A stretch of DNA of 64,000 nucleotides from Torpedo marmorata (taxonomy: Eukaryota). Position numbers and translations under genes: made by a program. Positions 36,069 to 49,480 of the stretch are shown piece by piece. The stretch covers positions 224,502,001 to 224,566,000 of the forward strand of contig OZ360223.1 in the NCBI GenBank assembly GCA_977017645.1, given 5' to 3'. Numbering within the stretch: the first letter of the stretch is position 1; the number at the start of each line of letters is the position of its first letter. The notes beneath the pieces are model-generated. The model did no database searches. It saw only the letters and a list, made by a program, of their open reading frames with translations, and was not told where the DNA came from.

Positions 36069-38375
36069 AAGGGTTGTAATCTCAGGATTGCAGCCTTTGC
36101 CATGAGCCAGTAAGGGCAGGAATAGGAAGTTGTGGCAGATGAATGCATGGCTGAAGAGTTTGTGCAGGGGGCAGGGGTTCGGATTTGTGGATCATTGAGA
36201 TCTCTTCTGGGGTAGGTATGACCTGTAGAAAAAGGATAGGCTGCACCTGAACTGGAGAGGGACCAATATTCTGGCGGCAGGTTTGCTAGAGCTCTTGGGG
36301 AGGGTTTAAACTAGTTTATCAGGGAGATGGGAACCAGAATGTGAGGGCAGAGAATGGAACAGAAGGTGGAAAGGATGATACAGTGTGTTATGGGTTTGTG
36401 AAGAAGGACAGGCAGGGAAGAAGAATAAATGTAGTCAGTTGGACGGTTTGAAATATGTCTATTTTAATGCAAGTAGTGTTAGGAATAAAGGAGGTGAACT
36501 TAGAGCATGGATCAGTACGTGGAATTATAATGTTGTGGCTGTTACAGAGACATGGCTGACACAAGGCCAGGATTGGCTGATGCAAGTACCGGGCTTTAGA
36601 TGTTTTAAAAGGGATAGGATGGGAGGTAAAAGAGGGGGGAGTAGTATTACTGGTCAGGGATAGTATCACAGCTGCAGAAAGAGAGGACACTGTGGAGGGA
36701 GTATCTACTGAGTCAGTGAGGGTGGAATTCAGAAATGGGAAAGGGAGCAATCACTGTATTGGGAGTAGTCTATAGGCCCCCACATAACCTTGTTACTGAG
36801 TAACAGATAAGTAGGCAGATTTTGGAATGGTGCAGAAACAACAGGGTTATTGTTATGGGAGACTTAAATTTCCCTAATATTGACTGGCACCTCCTAACTG
36901 CAAGAGGGATAGATGGGGCAGAATTTGTCAGGTGTGTCCAAGAAGGATTCCTGACACAGTATGTGGAACAGCCGACTAGAGGAGAGGCCATACTGGAACT
37001 AGTACTAGGTAATGAACCTGATCAGGTGACAGACCTCTCGGTGGGGAAGCATTTCGGTGATGGTGAACACAACTCCCTGAGCTTTAGCATAGCTATGGAC
37101 AAGGATAAAAGCAGACAAATTGGTAAAGTGCTCAATTGGAGAAGGGTTAATTACGATGGGATGAGGCAGGAACTAGGGAGAGTAAATTGGGAATAGATTT
37201 TGTCAGGAGAAAGTACCGAAGTAATATGGAGAATGTTTAGGGACCACTTGTGTGGGATTCTGGATAGTTTTATCCCACTGAGAAAGGGAAAAGATGGTAG
37301 AAAAAGGGAATTGTGTTTAACGAAACAGATGAGGCAGCTAATTAAGAGGAAGAAGGAAGCATACATTAGATTTAGGAAGCAAAAAACAGGAAGGGCTCAT
37401 GAGAATTATATGGTAGTCAGAAAGGAACTTAAGAAAGGACTTATGAGAGCTAGAAGGGGGCATGAGAAGGCCTTGGTAAGTAGGATTAAGGAAAACCCTA
37501 AGGCATTCTATGCATTCGTGAAGAACAGAAGGATGACAGGAGTAAAGGTAGGGCCGTTGAAGGATAAAGGATGCAACATGTGCCTGGAAGCAGAGGAAGT
37601 TGGAGAGGTCCTAAATGAATACTTTGCTTCAGTATTCACCAGAGAAAAGGACCTTGGTCAAGGTGAGGTCAGAATAGAACAAGCTTATGTGCTGGACTAT
37701 GTTGCGATTAAGAAAGAGGAAGTGCTGGATCTTCTTAAAAACATTAGGATTGATAAGTCCCTGGGACTTATACCCAGGTTGCTATGGGAAGGGAGAGAAG
37801 AGATTGCTGGGGTGTTGGCAATGATCTTTATGTCCTTCTTGGCCACAGGAATGGTGCCGGAGGATTGGAGAATGCCAAATGTGGTCTCCTTGTTTAAAAA
37901 AGGTAATAGGGAGAATCCTGGGAATTAGAGACCAGTGAGTCTTTCATCAGTGGTGGGCAACCTATTGGAGAGAATTCTTAAGGACAGGCATAACAAGTAT
38001 TTGGAGAAGTACAGTCTTCTCAGGGATGGTCAGCATGGATTTGTGAAGGGGAGGTCATGCCTCACCATCCTAATTGTGTTTTAAAGGAGGTAATCAAAAA
38101 ATTGATGAAGGTAGGGCAGTCAATGGATTTTAGTAAGGCATTTGACAAGGTCTCCCATGGGAGACTCATTCAGAAAGTCATGAGGCATAGGATCCATGGA
38201 TCCTTGGCTGTGTTGATTCAAAATTGGCTTGTCTGCAGAAAGCAGAGAATAGTAGTGGACGGAAAGTATTCTGCCTGGAGGTCAGTGACTAGTGGAGTTC
38301 TTCAGGGATCTGTTCAGCGACCCCTCCTTTGTGATATTTATAAATGACCTGGACAAAGAAGTAGAGGAATAGGTC

Positions 38376-39457
38376 CAGATCTTCTGAAATGTCTGCCTTC
38401 TTCCACAAACGTGGCTTCCCCTCCACCACCATCAATTTAGCCCTCACCCGCATCTCCTCCATTTCCCGCTCAACTTCCCTGGCCCCCTCTGCCCCCAGAC
38501 GCAACAAACATAGAATCCCGCTCATCCTCACCTACCACCCCACCAGCCTCCGCATCCAACACATTATCCGCCAGAATTTACGGCACTTACTACAGGATCC
38601 CACCACCAGACATATTTTTCCTTCTCCTCCCCTCTCGGCCTTCCGCAGGGACCGCTCCCTCCGCGATTCCCTTGTTTCACTCATCCCTCCCCACCCATCG
38701 CACCCCCGGCACCTTCCCCTGTGCCCGCAGGAGGTGCAACACCTGCGCCCACACCTCCCCCCTCACCACGGTCCGGGGCCCCAAACAGGCCTTTCAAGTG
38801 AAGCTACACTTCACTTGTACATACAGAGAACTTATTTACTGCATCCGGTGCTCCCTTTGTGGCTTTCTCTACATCGGAGAGACCGGTCGTAGATTGGGAG
38901 ATCGCTTCGATGAGCACCTCCTCTCCGTCCGCAACAGCGACCTCCCAGTAGCCAACCATTTCAATTCCGAGTCACACTCCCACACTTACATGTCTGTCCA
39001 TGGCCTCATGTACTATCCCACCCAGACTACCCGCAAATTGGAGGAACAACATCTCATTTTCCATCTGGGCACTCTCCAGCCAGATGGCATTAACATTGAC
39101 TTTTCTGCTTTCCACTAAACCTGCTTGTCGTTTCCTTCCCCTCCCCCCTCACCTGTCCTTCCTTTTTTTTTCCACCCACCCAGCCATCCCTCCTCCCCCT
39201 CTTTTCTGCTGTCCCCTCCCTCCTTTCTCCACCTATCATCTCCTGCCTTTGCCACACCCCCCCCCTTACCCCCCTCACTCTTTTGTTCGGACGCCTGCTG
39301 GCATTTCTCATTATTTGATGAAGAGCTCAAGCCCGAAACGTTGGTTGTGTATTTCTACCTTTGCTACACAAAAGACACTGTTTGACCTGCTGAGTTTCTC
39401 CAGCATTTGTGTTTTTTACTTCAACCACGGTGTCTACAGATTTTCGTGATTTACTTC
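38376..39457 (+). mobile_element. Penelope-like element (Neptune type), 5'-truncated
   Basis: CARRRCNTC..H linker zinc finger, LIYCIRC..LYIGET GIY-YIG; TSD tagagg(a/g)ataggtc at 38362-38375 and 39458-39471. Confidence 0.92.
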
Positions 39458-40675
39458 TAGAGGGATAGGTCAGTAAGTTTGTGGTTGATATGAAGTTTGG
39501 AGGTGTTATGGATGGTATTGAAGATTGTAGGTTACAACAGGATATAGACAGGATGCAGAGTTGGGCAGAAAAGTGGCAGATGGTGTTCAATCCAGATAAG
39601 TGTGAGGTGATGCAATTTGCAAGGTCAAACTTGAAGGCAGAGTGTGTGGTTAATGGTAGGATATTTAATAGAGTGGAAGAACAGAAGTACCTTGTGTCCA
39701 AATCCATAGATCTCTCAAGGTTTCCGTGCAGGTTGAAAGGATAGTTAAGAAGGCCTATGGTATGCTGGGCTTCATTAGTTGGAGGATTGAGTTCAGTAGT
39801 TGTGAAGTAATTTTGTAGCTCTATAAATTCCTGGTGAGACCACACTTAGAATATTGTGTTCAGTTCTGGTCACCTCATTACAGGAAGGGCGTGTAAGCTA
39901 TGGAGAGGGTGCAGAGGAGATTTACCAGGATGTTGCCTGGATTGGAAAATAAGTCTTATGAGGCAAGTTTAGCAGAGCTGGGACTTTTTCCTTTGGAGCG
40001 TAGAAGGAAGAGAGGAGACTTAATAGAGGTCTACAAGATTATGAGAGGCATAGATAGGGTGGACAGCCAGCACCTGTTTCCCAGGGTAGGAGTAGCAAAC
40101 CCAGAGGACATATGAACAAAGTGAAGGGAGGGAAGTTTAGGGGAGACATCATGGGTAAGTTTTTTACGCAGAGAGTTGTGGGTTACTAGAATGCCTTGCC
40201 AGGGATGGTGGTGGAGGTTGAAACATTAGGGTCATTTAAGAGATTCTTAGACAGACACATGGATGGAAGAAAAATAGAGGAATCTGGGGTAGGGAGGGTT
40301 TAGTACATTTTTTAAAGGAATGTATGGGTCAGCACAACATCGAGGGCCGAAGGGCTATACTGTGCTGTAGTGTTCTATGTTCTAGTTGTTATTATTATTA
40401 TGGATGATTTTAATATGCATGTAGATTGGGAGAACCAAACTGGTAGCGATACAGCAAGGATTTCCTGGAGTGTGTAAGGGATGGATTCCTTGACCAATAT
40501 GTCAGGGGACAAACTAGAGAGCAGGCAATTCCAGACTAGGTGTTTTGGAATGAGGCAATATTAATTAGCGATCTTGTTGCATGTGGCCACTTTAGAAAGA
40601 GTGACCTCAAAATGGTGGCATTTTTCATCAGAAAAAAAACATTATTTCAGAGACTTGGGTTCAGAAAGGTAACTA

Positions 40676-41030
40676 CAGGGAGTTCCTGGGTTATGAACGA
40701 AATCCGTTCCTACTTCTGTCTTTAAGTCAAATTAGTCGATAAGTCGGAACAGGTACATACTGTTCTTATTTAGCATCAGTTAATCAAATGTTTGTCTTAG
40801 TACTGTAAAAAAAAACATTAAAGAAACAGTTTTAAAACAGTTTAGATAGAAAAAAAGAAAGAAGATCATGATTAAAAGTTAACACTTACTCTCGTTCCAT
40901 CGAAGGGGCATTCGTGAGGTAACATTATGCGCATGCGCAAATTGGGGGCGCATGCGTGAATTGGGGCTACAATTTGTTCGTAAGTACGAGTTGTCCGTAA
41001 GTCAGACGTTCGTAACCCGGGGACTCCCTG
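40676..41030. mobile_element. Tc1/mariner (Tigger/pogo-like) MITE
   Basis: 24-bp TIRs cagggagttcctgggttatgaacg vs reverse complement cagggagtccccgggttacgaacg; TA on the left, GA on the right. Confidence 0.82.
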
Positions 41031-43084
41031 GACAATGGTATGAGGTGTGAATTGGCTAGGATAGACTGTCAAGGTACACTTGATGGGTTGACGGTAGATA
41101 GACAATGGCAGATATTTAAAGATCATCTGGAGGAACTTCAAAAACTGCACATTCCTGTTTGCAGTAAAAATAATGCAAGGAAGGTGGCTCAAACATGGCT
41201 AATTAGGAAAATCAGGGATAGCATTAAAACCAAAGAAGGGGCAAATAAATTTCCTAGGAAAAGCAGACTTCAGCAGAGTAAGCCAAAAGGTCTAATTAGA
41301 AGGGGGAAAGTAAAGTACAAGTAGAAACTTTCTGAGAAAATAAAAGATTCTATAGGTATGTAAAGAGAAAAAAAGACTAGTTAAAGCAAATGTAGGTGTA
41401 GGTGCAGGTTAGAATCAGGGAAATTCGTAATGGAAGCAAGGAAATGGCAGATCAATTGGATAGATTCTTTAAATCATTCTTCACTAAGGAAGATACACAA
41501 AGCATTCTGGGAGTATTAAGGCTTTGAGGGACCAGCATTGAGGAGGATTTGATAGAAATTGTTATCAGTCATGAAATTGTGTTTGGTAAATTGATGGCGT
41601 TGAAAGTCGATAAATCCCAAGGGCCTGATAAACTGCATCCCACAGTGCTTAAGAAGATGCCCAGAGATAATGAATGCATTAGTGATTATTTTCCAACATT
41701 CTGCATCAGTTCTGTTGGATTGGAGAGTAGCTAATGTGACACCACTTTTTAAGAAGGGAGTGAGGGAGAAACCAGGGAATTACAGACCACTTAGCCCGAC
41801 TTCAGTGGTGGGGAAAATGCAGGAGTCAACAGCTAAAGATGCCAATACTGTGTATTTGAGAGGATCAGTCCAAGTCAGCATAGATTTATGAAAGGAAAAT
41901 CAACTTCTAATTTTTTTGAGGATGTAATCAGTCGAGTGAACAGTGTTGAACCAATTCATGTAGTGTATTTGGACTTTCAAAAGGCCTTTGATATTGGTGT
42001 GGAAAATTGGTGTGGAAAATTGATATGGAAAATTAGAGAACATGGTATCAGATGTATGGTACTGATATGAATAGAAAAAATATGAATAGAAAGCTTGTTG
42101 GCAGACAGGAAGCAAAGAGTGATAATAAAGGGGTCCTTTTCAGATTGGCAGGCAATTACTAGTGGGGTATCATAAGGTTCAGCAGTGGGACCTCAGCTAT
42201 TTACAATATATATTGATCAAGATGAAGCAATTGTACATAATATCTCTAAGTTTGCAGATGACACTAACCTAGGTGGCAGGGTGAGCTGTGAAGAACATAC
42301 CACGAGGCTGTAGGGTGACTAGGACAGTTTAGGAGAGTGGGCAAATACATAGCAGATGCCAGATAATGTAGACAAATGTGAAGTTATCCACTGCAGCCAA
42401 TAACAGAAGGCAGATTATTATCTGAATGGTGACAGATTAGGAAAAGGGGAAATGGAGACCTGGGTGTCTTGGTGGTTGGAATACAGTTACAGAAGGCGGT
42501 GAAGAAAGCAAGGCATTTATTGTGAGAGGTTTTGAATATAGAAGCAAGGAGGTCTTATTACAGTTGTATAGGGCCTTGGTGAGGTCACACATTGAGTATT
42601 GTGTACAGTTTTGGAATCCTAATCTGAGGAAGGACATTCTTGCTATTGAGGGTATGCAGGAAAGGTTCACCAGACTGGTTCCTGGAATGGCAGGACTGAC
42701 ATATGAAGAAAGACTGGACGGACTAGGGTTATACTCATTGAAATTTAGAAGAATGAGAAGGGAACTCATTGATGCATGTAGAATTCTGACAGGACTAGAT
42801 AGATGAAGGAAGAATGTTTCTGATGTTGGGGAAGCTAAGACGTTCAAGTTTATTTATCATCTGATTGTACCAGTACAACCCGACAAAACAGCGTTCTCCA
42901 GTCCACGGGGCAGAACAGTGCAATCACATGTGCAGACATAGCACACATACTGATAAATGATGCATATATACAGTACATAGGTACATGTAGTAAAATAAAT
43001 ATTATTAATAAATAGTAGAGACACGGAGAGTTGTTTTAGCAGTCATCCATCAGTCTCACTGCCTGTGGGAAGAAGCTATTCTTC

Positions 43085-44539
43085 CCCCACACAGAAGGTC
43101 TGAAAGCACTTCGCTTCTTCCTGGACCAAAGACCCGACCAGTCACCCTCTACCACCACCCTCCTCCGCCTGGCAGAACTTGTCCTCACTCTCAATAACTT
43201 CTCCTTCAACTCATCCCACTTCCTCCAAATCAAAGGAGTAGCCATGGGTACCCGCATGGGTCCCAGCTACGCCTGCCTGTTTGTGGGCTTTGTGGAGCAA
43301 TCCATGCTGCAAGCCTACACAGGCAAGACCCCTCATCTCTTCCTCCGGTATATCGACGACTACATCGGGGCTGCCTCATGAACCCACGATGAGCTTGTCA
43401 ACTTCATCCACTTCGCATCCAACTTTCACCACGATCTCAAACTCACCTGGTCCATCTCCGATAACACTCTCTCCTTCCTGGATCTCTCTGTCTCCATCTC
43501 GGGAGACAAGCTTTCCACCGACATTTACTACAAACCCTCCAACTCCCACAACTATCTGGACTACACATCCTCACACCCTGTCCCCTGCAAGGACTCCATC
43601 CCCTTCTCTCAATTTCTCCGCCTCCGCCGCATCTGTTCCCAAGATGAGGTGTTCCACTCCAGATCTTCTGAAATGTCTGCCTTTTTCCACCAACGTGGCT
43701 TCCCCTCCACCACCATCAACTCAGCCCTCACCCGCATCTCCTCCATTTCCCGCTCATCTGCCCTGGCCCCCTCTGCCCCCAGACGCAACAAACATAGAAT
43801 ACCCCTCATCCTCACCTACCACCCCACCAGCCTCCACATCCAACACATTATCCGCCGGAATATCCTGCACTTGCTGCAGGATCCCACCACCAGACACATT
43901 TTTCCTTCTCCTCCCCTCTCAGCCTTCCGTAGGGACCGCTCCCTCCGCGATTCACTCGTGCACTCGTCCCTCCCCACCCATCATTGGAGAGACTGGTCGT
44001 AGATTGGGAGACCGCTTTGCTGAGCACCTCCTCTCCGTCCGCAACAACAGCGACCTCCCAGTAGCCAACCATTTCAATTCTGGGACACACTCCCACACTC
44101 ACATGTCCATGGCCTCATGTACTATCCCACCCAGACTACCCGCAAATTGGAGGAACAACATCTCATATTCCGTCTCGGCACTCTCCAGCCAGATGGCATT
44201 AACATTGACTTTTCTGCTTTCCACTAAACCTGCTTGTTGTTCCCTTCCCCTCCCCCCTCACCTGTCCTTCCTGTTTTTTTCCACCCACCCAGCCATCCCT
44301 CCTCCCCCTCTTTGCTGCTGTCCCCTCCCTCCTTTCTCCACCTATCATCTCCTGCCTTTTCCACCCCCCTTCCCCCCTCACTCTTTTGTTCGGACGCCTG
44401 CCGGCATTTTCTCATACTTTGATGAAGGGCTCAAGCCCGAAATGTCGGTTATGTATTTCTACGTTTGCTACATAAAAGACACTGTTTGACCTGCTGAGTT
44501 CTCCAGCATTTGTGTTTTTTACTTCAACCACGGTGTCTA
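43085..44539 (+). mobile_element. Penelope-like element with RT region, premature stop and internal deletion
   Basis: GVAMGTRMGPSYACLFVG, LRYIDDYIG, FLDLSV; TGA at 43379; linker and first half of GIY-YIG missing at about 43980. Confidence 0.92.
44413..44453 (+). ncRNA. Minimal type I hammerhead ribozyme (stem III palindrome mutated)
   Basis: catact-TTGATGA-a-gggc/tcaa/gccc-GAAA-tg-TC-ggttatg. Confidence 0.6.
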
Positions 44540-45490
44540 CAGATTTTCGTGTTTACTTCAGCCTGGTGATTCTGGCTCTGATACTTCTGTATCTTTTTCC
44601 CGATGGGAGTAGCTGGAAGATGCTGCATGCGAGGCGGTAGTGGTCCTCCCTGAACTTGCAAGCCCTCTTTAAATAATGATCCCAGTAAAATCACATCAAT
44701 GGAGCGAAGGGAGACCCCAGTGATCCTCTCTGCCGCTTTTATGGTCCTGTGGCTTGACCTCCAATCCGAAGCTCAACAGCAAGAGGTCACAGATAAGGGT
44801 AGGCCGTTTAGGACTGAGATGAGGAGATTTTTTTCATTCACAGAGTTGTGAATTTTGGAACCCCCTACAACAGAAAGTTGCTGAGGCCAGTTCATTAGAT
44901 ATATTTGAAAGGGAGTTGAATGTAGCCCTATTGGCGAAAGGGATCAAAGAGTATGGAGATAAAATAAGAATATGGTACTGAAATTGTGTGATCGACCATA
45001 ATTGTATTGAATGGTGGAGCAGGCTCAAAGAGCTGAATAGCCTTCTCCTACTTTCTATGTTTCCATGTTTACTGCCAAGTGTAATACTGCTCTTGCATCT
45101 CTCAATATCTTCACTTGCCGGAGAAACATCTACCTCACTATTCCATTTGCTGAATTTTCCTGCATCTGCGCCGTCACGTTTATCATTCCCATAGTATGAT
45201 CTTTTTTTCTACCCATATTCTTAATTTATTTTACATTAACTTGAGTTAGAGCTTCATTATTAGTCAACCCCTTAATGGAGGAAAGAGACAATTTTGCTAA
45301 TTAATCATAATTTTAACCTCACCTCCAAGTCCTTCTCACCTGTACCTGAGTACTCAAGGTGGCACAACAGACCAATAGCTTCATTCGTACTTCCCAGCCC
45401 TCATCTGCTTATTCCAAGTAATGGTAACACAACTGCTTCATTAATCAATTGCTAATGTAACACATAATTGGCAATATTGATGGATCTTAC

Positions 45491-45527
45491 AGTTGATGAG
45501 CAAATATCCTGGTTATCATCCTCTTTC
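45491..45527 (-). CDS. Candidate 37-nt internal exon of an unidentified host gene
   Basis: tacttattacag acceptor, ACT|gtaaga donor; open as KEDDNQDICSST (phase 2 to 0) or KRMITRIFAHQ (phase 1 to 2). Confidence 0.27.
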
Positions 45528-45837
45528 CTGTAATAAGTAATATTGGGGCAATGTGACTGGAGGTTGCATTGTTTCATGCATCTATCATTTTACATTTTAT
45601 GATAATTATGATCTAATGAATGATGAGAGCTTCAGGTGAAAACATTAGTTTGGAATTTCTTGGAAACTGAAACAGCAGATATAGACAACCGGAAAGACAT
45701 GAGGCTATCATTTTCAGTGGCTATTCTGAACTATTATTTTTTCTTTTCACTGGAAGGATATGTAAATTAAAATCTGCTTCAATTAAATGAAAACAAAATG
45801 AAACAAAATGCAGTACATGTGAGACTGAATCACAGCA

Positions 45838-46408
45838 CTGATCGCTTCGCTGAGGACCTTCGCTCTGTCAGTGACAGGGATCTCCCAGTGGCCAACCACT
45901 TCAATTTTGCACCCCACTCCCATGCTCACATGTCTATCCATGGCCTCGTGTACTATCGCACCAAGACCACCCGTAAAGTGGAGGAACAACACTTGATTTT
46001 CCGTCTGGGAACTCTCTAACCAGATAGCACTAAAATCGACTTCTCTGGTTTCTGCTAGCCTCCCCGTTCTCCCTCCATTCCCTTTCCCTTTGTCTTCTTT
46101 CCTCCAGCTCTCCACCCCCTTCCCTCTCCATTCACAGAGCCATCCCTCCTCCCCGGCTTGCTTGTGTGCCATCCCTCCCTTATCCACCTATTACCTCCTG
46201 CCTTTGGGACCGTGCCCCTCCCCAACCCCCCCCTACCATTTTGTTCGGGCGCCTGTCGACATTTTTTCATACTTTGATGAAGGGCTCAAGCCCGAAACTT
46301 TGGTTAAGTACCTTTATCTTTGCTACATAAAGTACACCGTTTGACCTGCTGAGTTTCTCCAGCATTGTTTTTACTTCAACCACGGTGTCTGCAGACTTTC
46401 GTGTTTTA
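45838..46408 (+). mobile_element. Penelope 3' end/pseudo-LTR, second subfamily
   Basis: DRFAEDL..LPVANHFN..EEQHLIFRLGTL; degenerate hammerhead at about 46268-46306. Confidence 0.85.
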
Positions 46409-46796
46409 CAGCTCAGAAAAAAATCTGAAGATTCAAATGACAACGAGTAACAGTTTTACATCATTTTTCCACTTTAGACAGACGTGCTCCTGTTTAATAA
46501 AATTAGAAAACTATACAAAGGAAATAAAATTCCAATAACTCTTAGCCATTTGGAATGAAAGCCCAGGTTAAACACAATTAGATGCTTCATGTAAGGAACT
46601 GGTAATATCCAAGGATTCCCAGAGATCGCTACCTCCCCTATCGATGGGGCTGATAGTGTTCTTTATACTTTTATTCATTTTTATTATTTTTCTGACTTTC
46701 CAGCTAAATTACCTTAACTATTATGAACGATTTATTGTCTCCCTATGACCTTTAACCCTCTCCCACTGAGGGAATCATGCACCCCAGATTTTGAAT

Positions 46797-48137
46797 AGCT
46801 GCCTCAACGACTATCGCCCAGTAGCACTAACTTCTACGGTGATGAAATGTTTTGAGAGGCTGGTCATGACCAGAATTAACACATACCTAAGCAAAGATCT
46901 GGACCCATTGCAATTCGCCTATCGTCACAATCGCTCCACAGCAGATGCAATATCGCTGGCTCTCCACTCAGCTCTGGATCACCTCGAAAACAGCAATTCA
47001 TACATACGGCTGCTCTTCATAGACTACAGCTCGGCCTTCAATACCATTATTCCCTCAGTGCTGGTCAAGAAGCTACAAACTCTAGGCCTCTGTACCCCAC
47101 TCTGCAACTGGATCCTTGACTTTCTCATCGGAAGACCACAGTCAGTACGAATTGGAAACAACGTCTCCTCCTCACTGATTATCAACACAGGCGCACCCCA
47201 AGGATGTGTGCTTAGCCCACTGCTCTACTCGCTATACACTCATGACTGTGAGGCCAGGCACAATTCCAATGCCATATACAAGTTTGCCGATGACACCACA
47301 GTTGTCGGCAGAATCACAAACGGCAATGAGGAAGCGTACAGGAGGGAGATAGATCAGCTCATTGAATGGTGTAATGACAACAACCTCGAGCTCAACGTCA
47401 GTAAAACCAAGGAGATGATTGTGGACTTCAGGAGGAAGTCAGGGGAACACAACCCAGTCCTCATCGAGGGCTCAGTCGTGGAGAGGGTCAAGAACTTCAA
47501 ATTCCTGGGTGTCAACATCTCCGAGGATCTGTCCTGGAGCATCCACGTGGATGCAATCACAAAGAAGGCTCGTCAGCGGCTATACTTTGTGAGGCGATTG
47601 CGGAGATTCGGTATGTCGCCAAAGACTCTTGTGAACTTCTACAGGTGTACCGTGGAGAGCATTCTAGCTGGTTGCATCACTGCCTGGTATGGTGGTGCCA
47701 ACTCCCAGGACAAGTGCAAACTCCAGAAGGTTGTTACCTCGGCTTGTGACATCACGGGCACCAAACTTCACTCCATCGAGGACATCTACATGAGGCGATG
47801 TCTTAATAAAGCAGCCTCTATCCTCAAGGACCCCCACCACCCAGGCCATGCCCTCTTCACGCTGCTTCCATCAGGGAAAAGGTACAGGAGCCTAAAGACG
47901 AGCACTCAACGGCACAAGGTCAGCTTCTTCCCCGCTGCCATCAGATTCCTGAACAATCAATGAACCAAAGACACTAGTGCACTATTGTTTATAATTTTTA
48001 TATAGTAATGTCGTTAGAATGGTTAATATGAATGTTAATTGCACTATGATGCTGCCGCAAAGCACCGAATTTCATGACTTGTTCATGACAATAAATTCTG
48101 ATTCTGATTCTGATTCTGATTCTGATTCTGATTCTGA
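46797..48137 (+). mobile_element. Rex1/Babar-type LINE, 5'-truncated, uninterrupted RT-containing frame (to 47963)
   Basis: [49 protein letters not shown]; about 7 ATTCTG units at the 3' end. Confidence 0.95.
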
Positions 48138-48699
48138 GCATTCCTGAATGGAAGTGTGTGCTAGTTAATGTTATCTCTTTCACTGAGAGCTATTTAAGTT
48201 TGTAGCATGCCTGGGGATCAAACAGATAACTCTTTTCTTTTATTTCAGCTCAGGGTTATCCTATCACTTGTTCTTCTGTGATTTTCTTTGACCAGAAGAA
48301 AGCAAACTAAAATATCCCTGTTCATTGTGACTTGGACTACCTGCTCAGCACATTTCCTCAAGAAGAAAGGAATAACCAAACTAAAAAAATGACATGTTGT
48401 AGGTAATATCTTTATCAGGTTTTACAGGCAGTTTCGCATGGAAATTCTAGCATTTACCCCTGAAGGTGTCAACTGGTTCAGGATCACACATGGATCTGGA
48501 AGCCCTGAACTTACTGATTGACTTCTACTGGTGTCCACTGATGGAGCTGGATTTTTCTGAACCTTCACAGCCTTTATACTGCAGCATTTACTCCAAGTTC
48601 ATATGCCAAATTAGACCTGCTGCAAGATCTGTGATTCCATTCAATTGAATGGAGATTTTTCTCCTTTGAGGAAGGAAGTTAAAAATAAGTAAGTTAGAT

Positions 48700-49480
48700 T
48701 AAATTCAAAGTTCAAAATTCAGATTTATTGTCAGAGTACATGCATAACATCATATCAACCCTGAGATTCTTTTCTCTGCAAGCCAGGCAGAATTTCTACT
48801 TATCGGAAGTGCAAAAAACTGTACTCAAGAAAAGATATGTATACAATAGAGAGAAATATAAACAAAGGAAGAAATGTAAACAAATTGACTGTGCAATACA
48901 GAAAATAAATGAATACTCAGTAATAAATAATCTGCAAAGTACGAGTCCTTAAATGAGTCTCTGATTGTGTCTGTTGTTTAGGAGTCTGATGGTGAAGGGG
49001 TAGAAACTGTTCCAGAACCTGATGGTACGAGTCTTGTGGCACCTATACCTCTTTCCTGTTGGCAGCAGCGAGAACAGTGTAGTCCTGCATGGTGTGGATC
49101 CTTGATGATTGCTGCTGCTCCCCGACAGAATGCAGATTTTCTAGATGGTGGGGAGTGTTTTCCTATGATGTACTGGGCTGTGTCTACTACCTTTTGTAGG
49201 GCTTTTGCTCAGTATTAGTGCCCCCATACCAGGCAGTCATGCAGTCAGTCAGCAAAATTTCCACTACACATCTGTAGAAGTGTGCCAAGGTTTCCTATGT
49301 CATACCGAACCTCCACAAACTCCTGAGGAAGCAGAGGCGCTGACGTGTTTTCTTCATGATGACATTAGTCTGTTGGGTCCAGAAAAAGTCTTCCGAGATA
49401 GTGACTCCCAGGAATTTAAATTTGCTCACCCTCTCCACCTCTGATCTCCCAATGATCACTGGATCAGATACCTCTGGTTT
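48700..49480 (-). mobile_element. Degraded Rex1/Babar 3' fragment
   Basis: VERVSKFKFLGVTISED..RQRLCFLRSL; ttcaaa-like tail. Confidence 0.75.

Larger units (their letters stand above)
31600..40385 (+). mobile_element. CR1 LINE (ORF1 esterase C-terminus and disabled ORF2), split by an L1 and a Penelope insertion
   Basis: RTSRVVISGL and LHLNWRG (SGNH-like ORF1), VYFNASS, VTETW, MGDLN, RT motifs, 3' tail gtgttctatgttcta at about 40385. Confidence 0.9.
42842..44780 (-). mobile_element. Rex1/Babar-like 3' fragment split by a Penelope element
   Basis: NSFFPQAVRLM C-terminus; [18 protein letters not shown] upstream of the insertion. Confidence 0.7.
40390..45070 (+). mobile_element. Old degraded CR1 hosting a MITE, a Rex-like element and a Penelope element
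   Basis: NYRPLS, LDFQKAFD, KFADD, IEYCVQFWNP; 3' end resumes at about 44785. Confidence 0.8.

Noticed and set aside
43281-44489. 402-aa Ser/Pro/Thr-rich ORF
   Set aside because: Alternative frame of the C-rich Penelope RT and pseudo-LTR; low stop frequency from base composition
48095-48137. (ATTCTG)n array as telomere-like or CRISPR-like repeat
   Set aside because: It is the 3' microsatellite tail of the Rex1/Babar element; no spacers, and no CRISPR array is visible in the window
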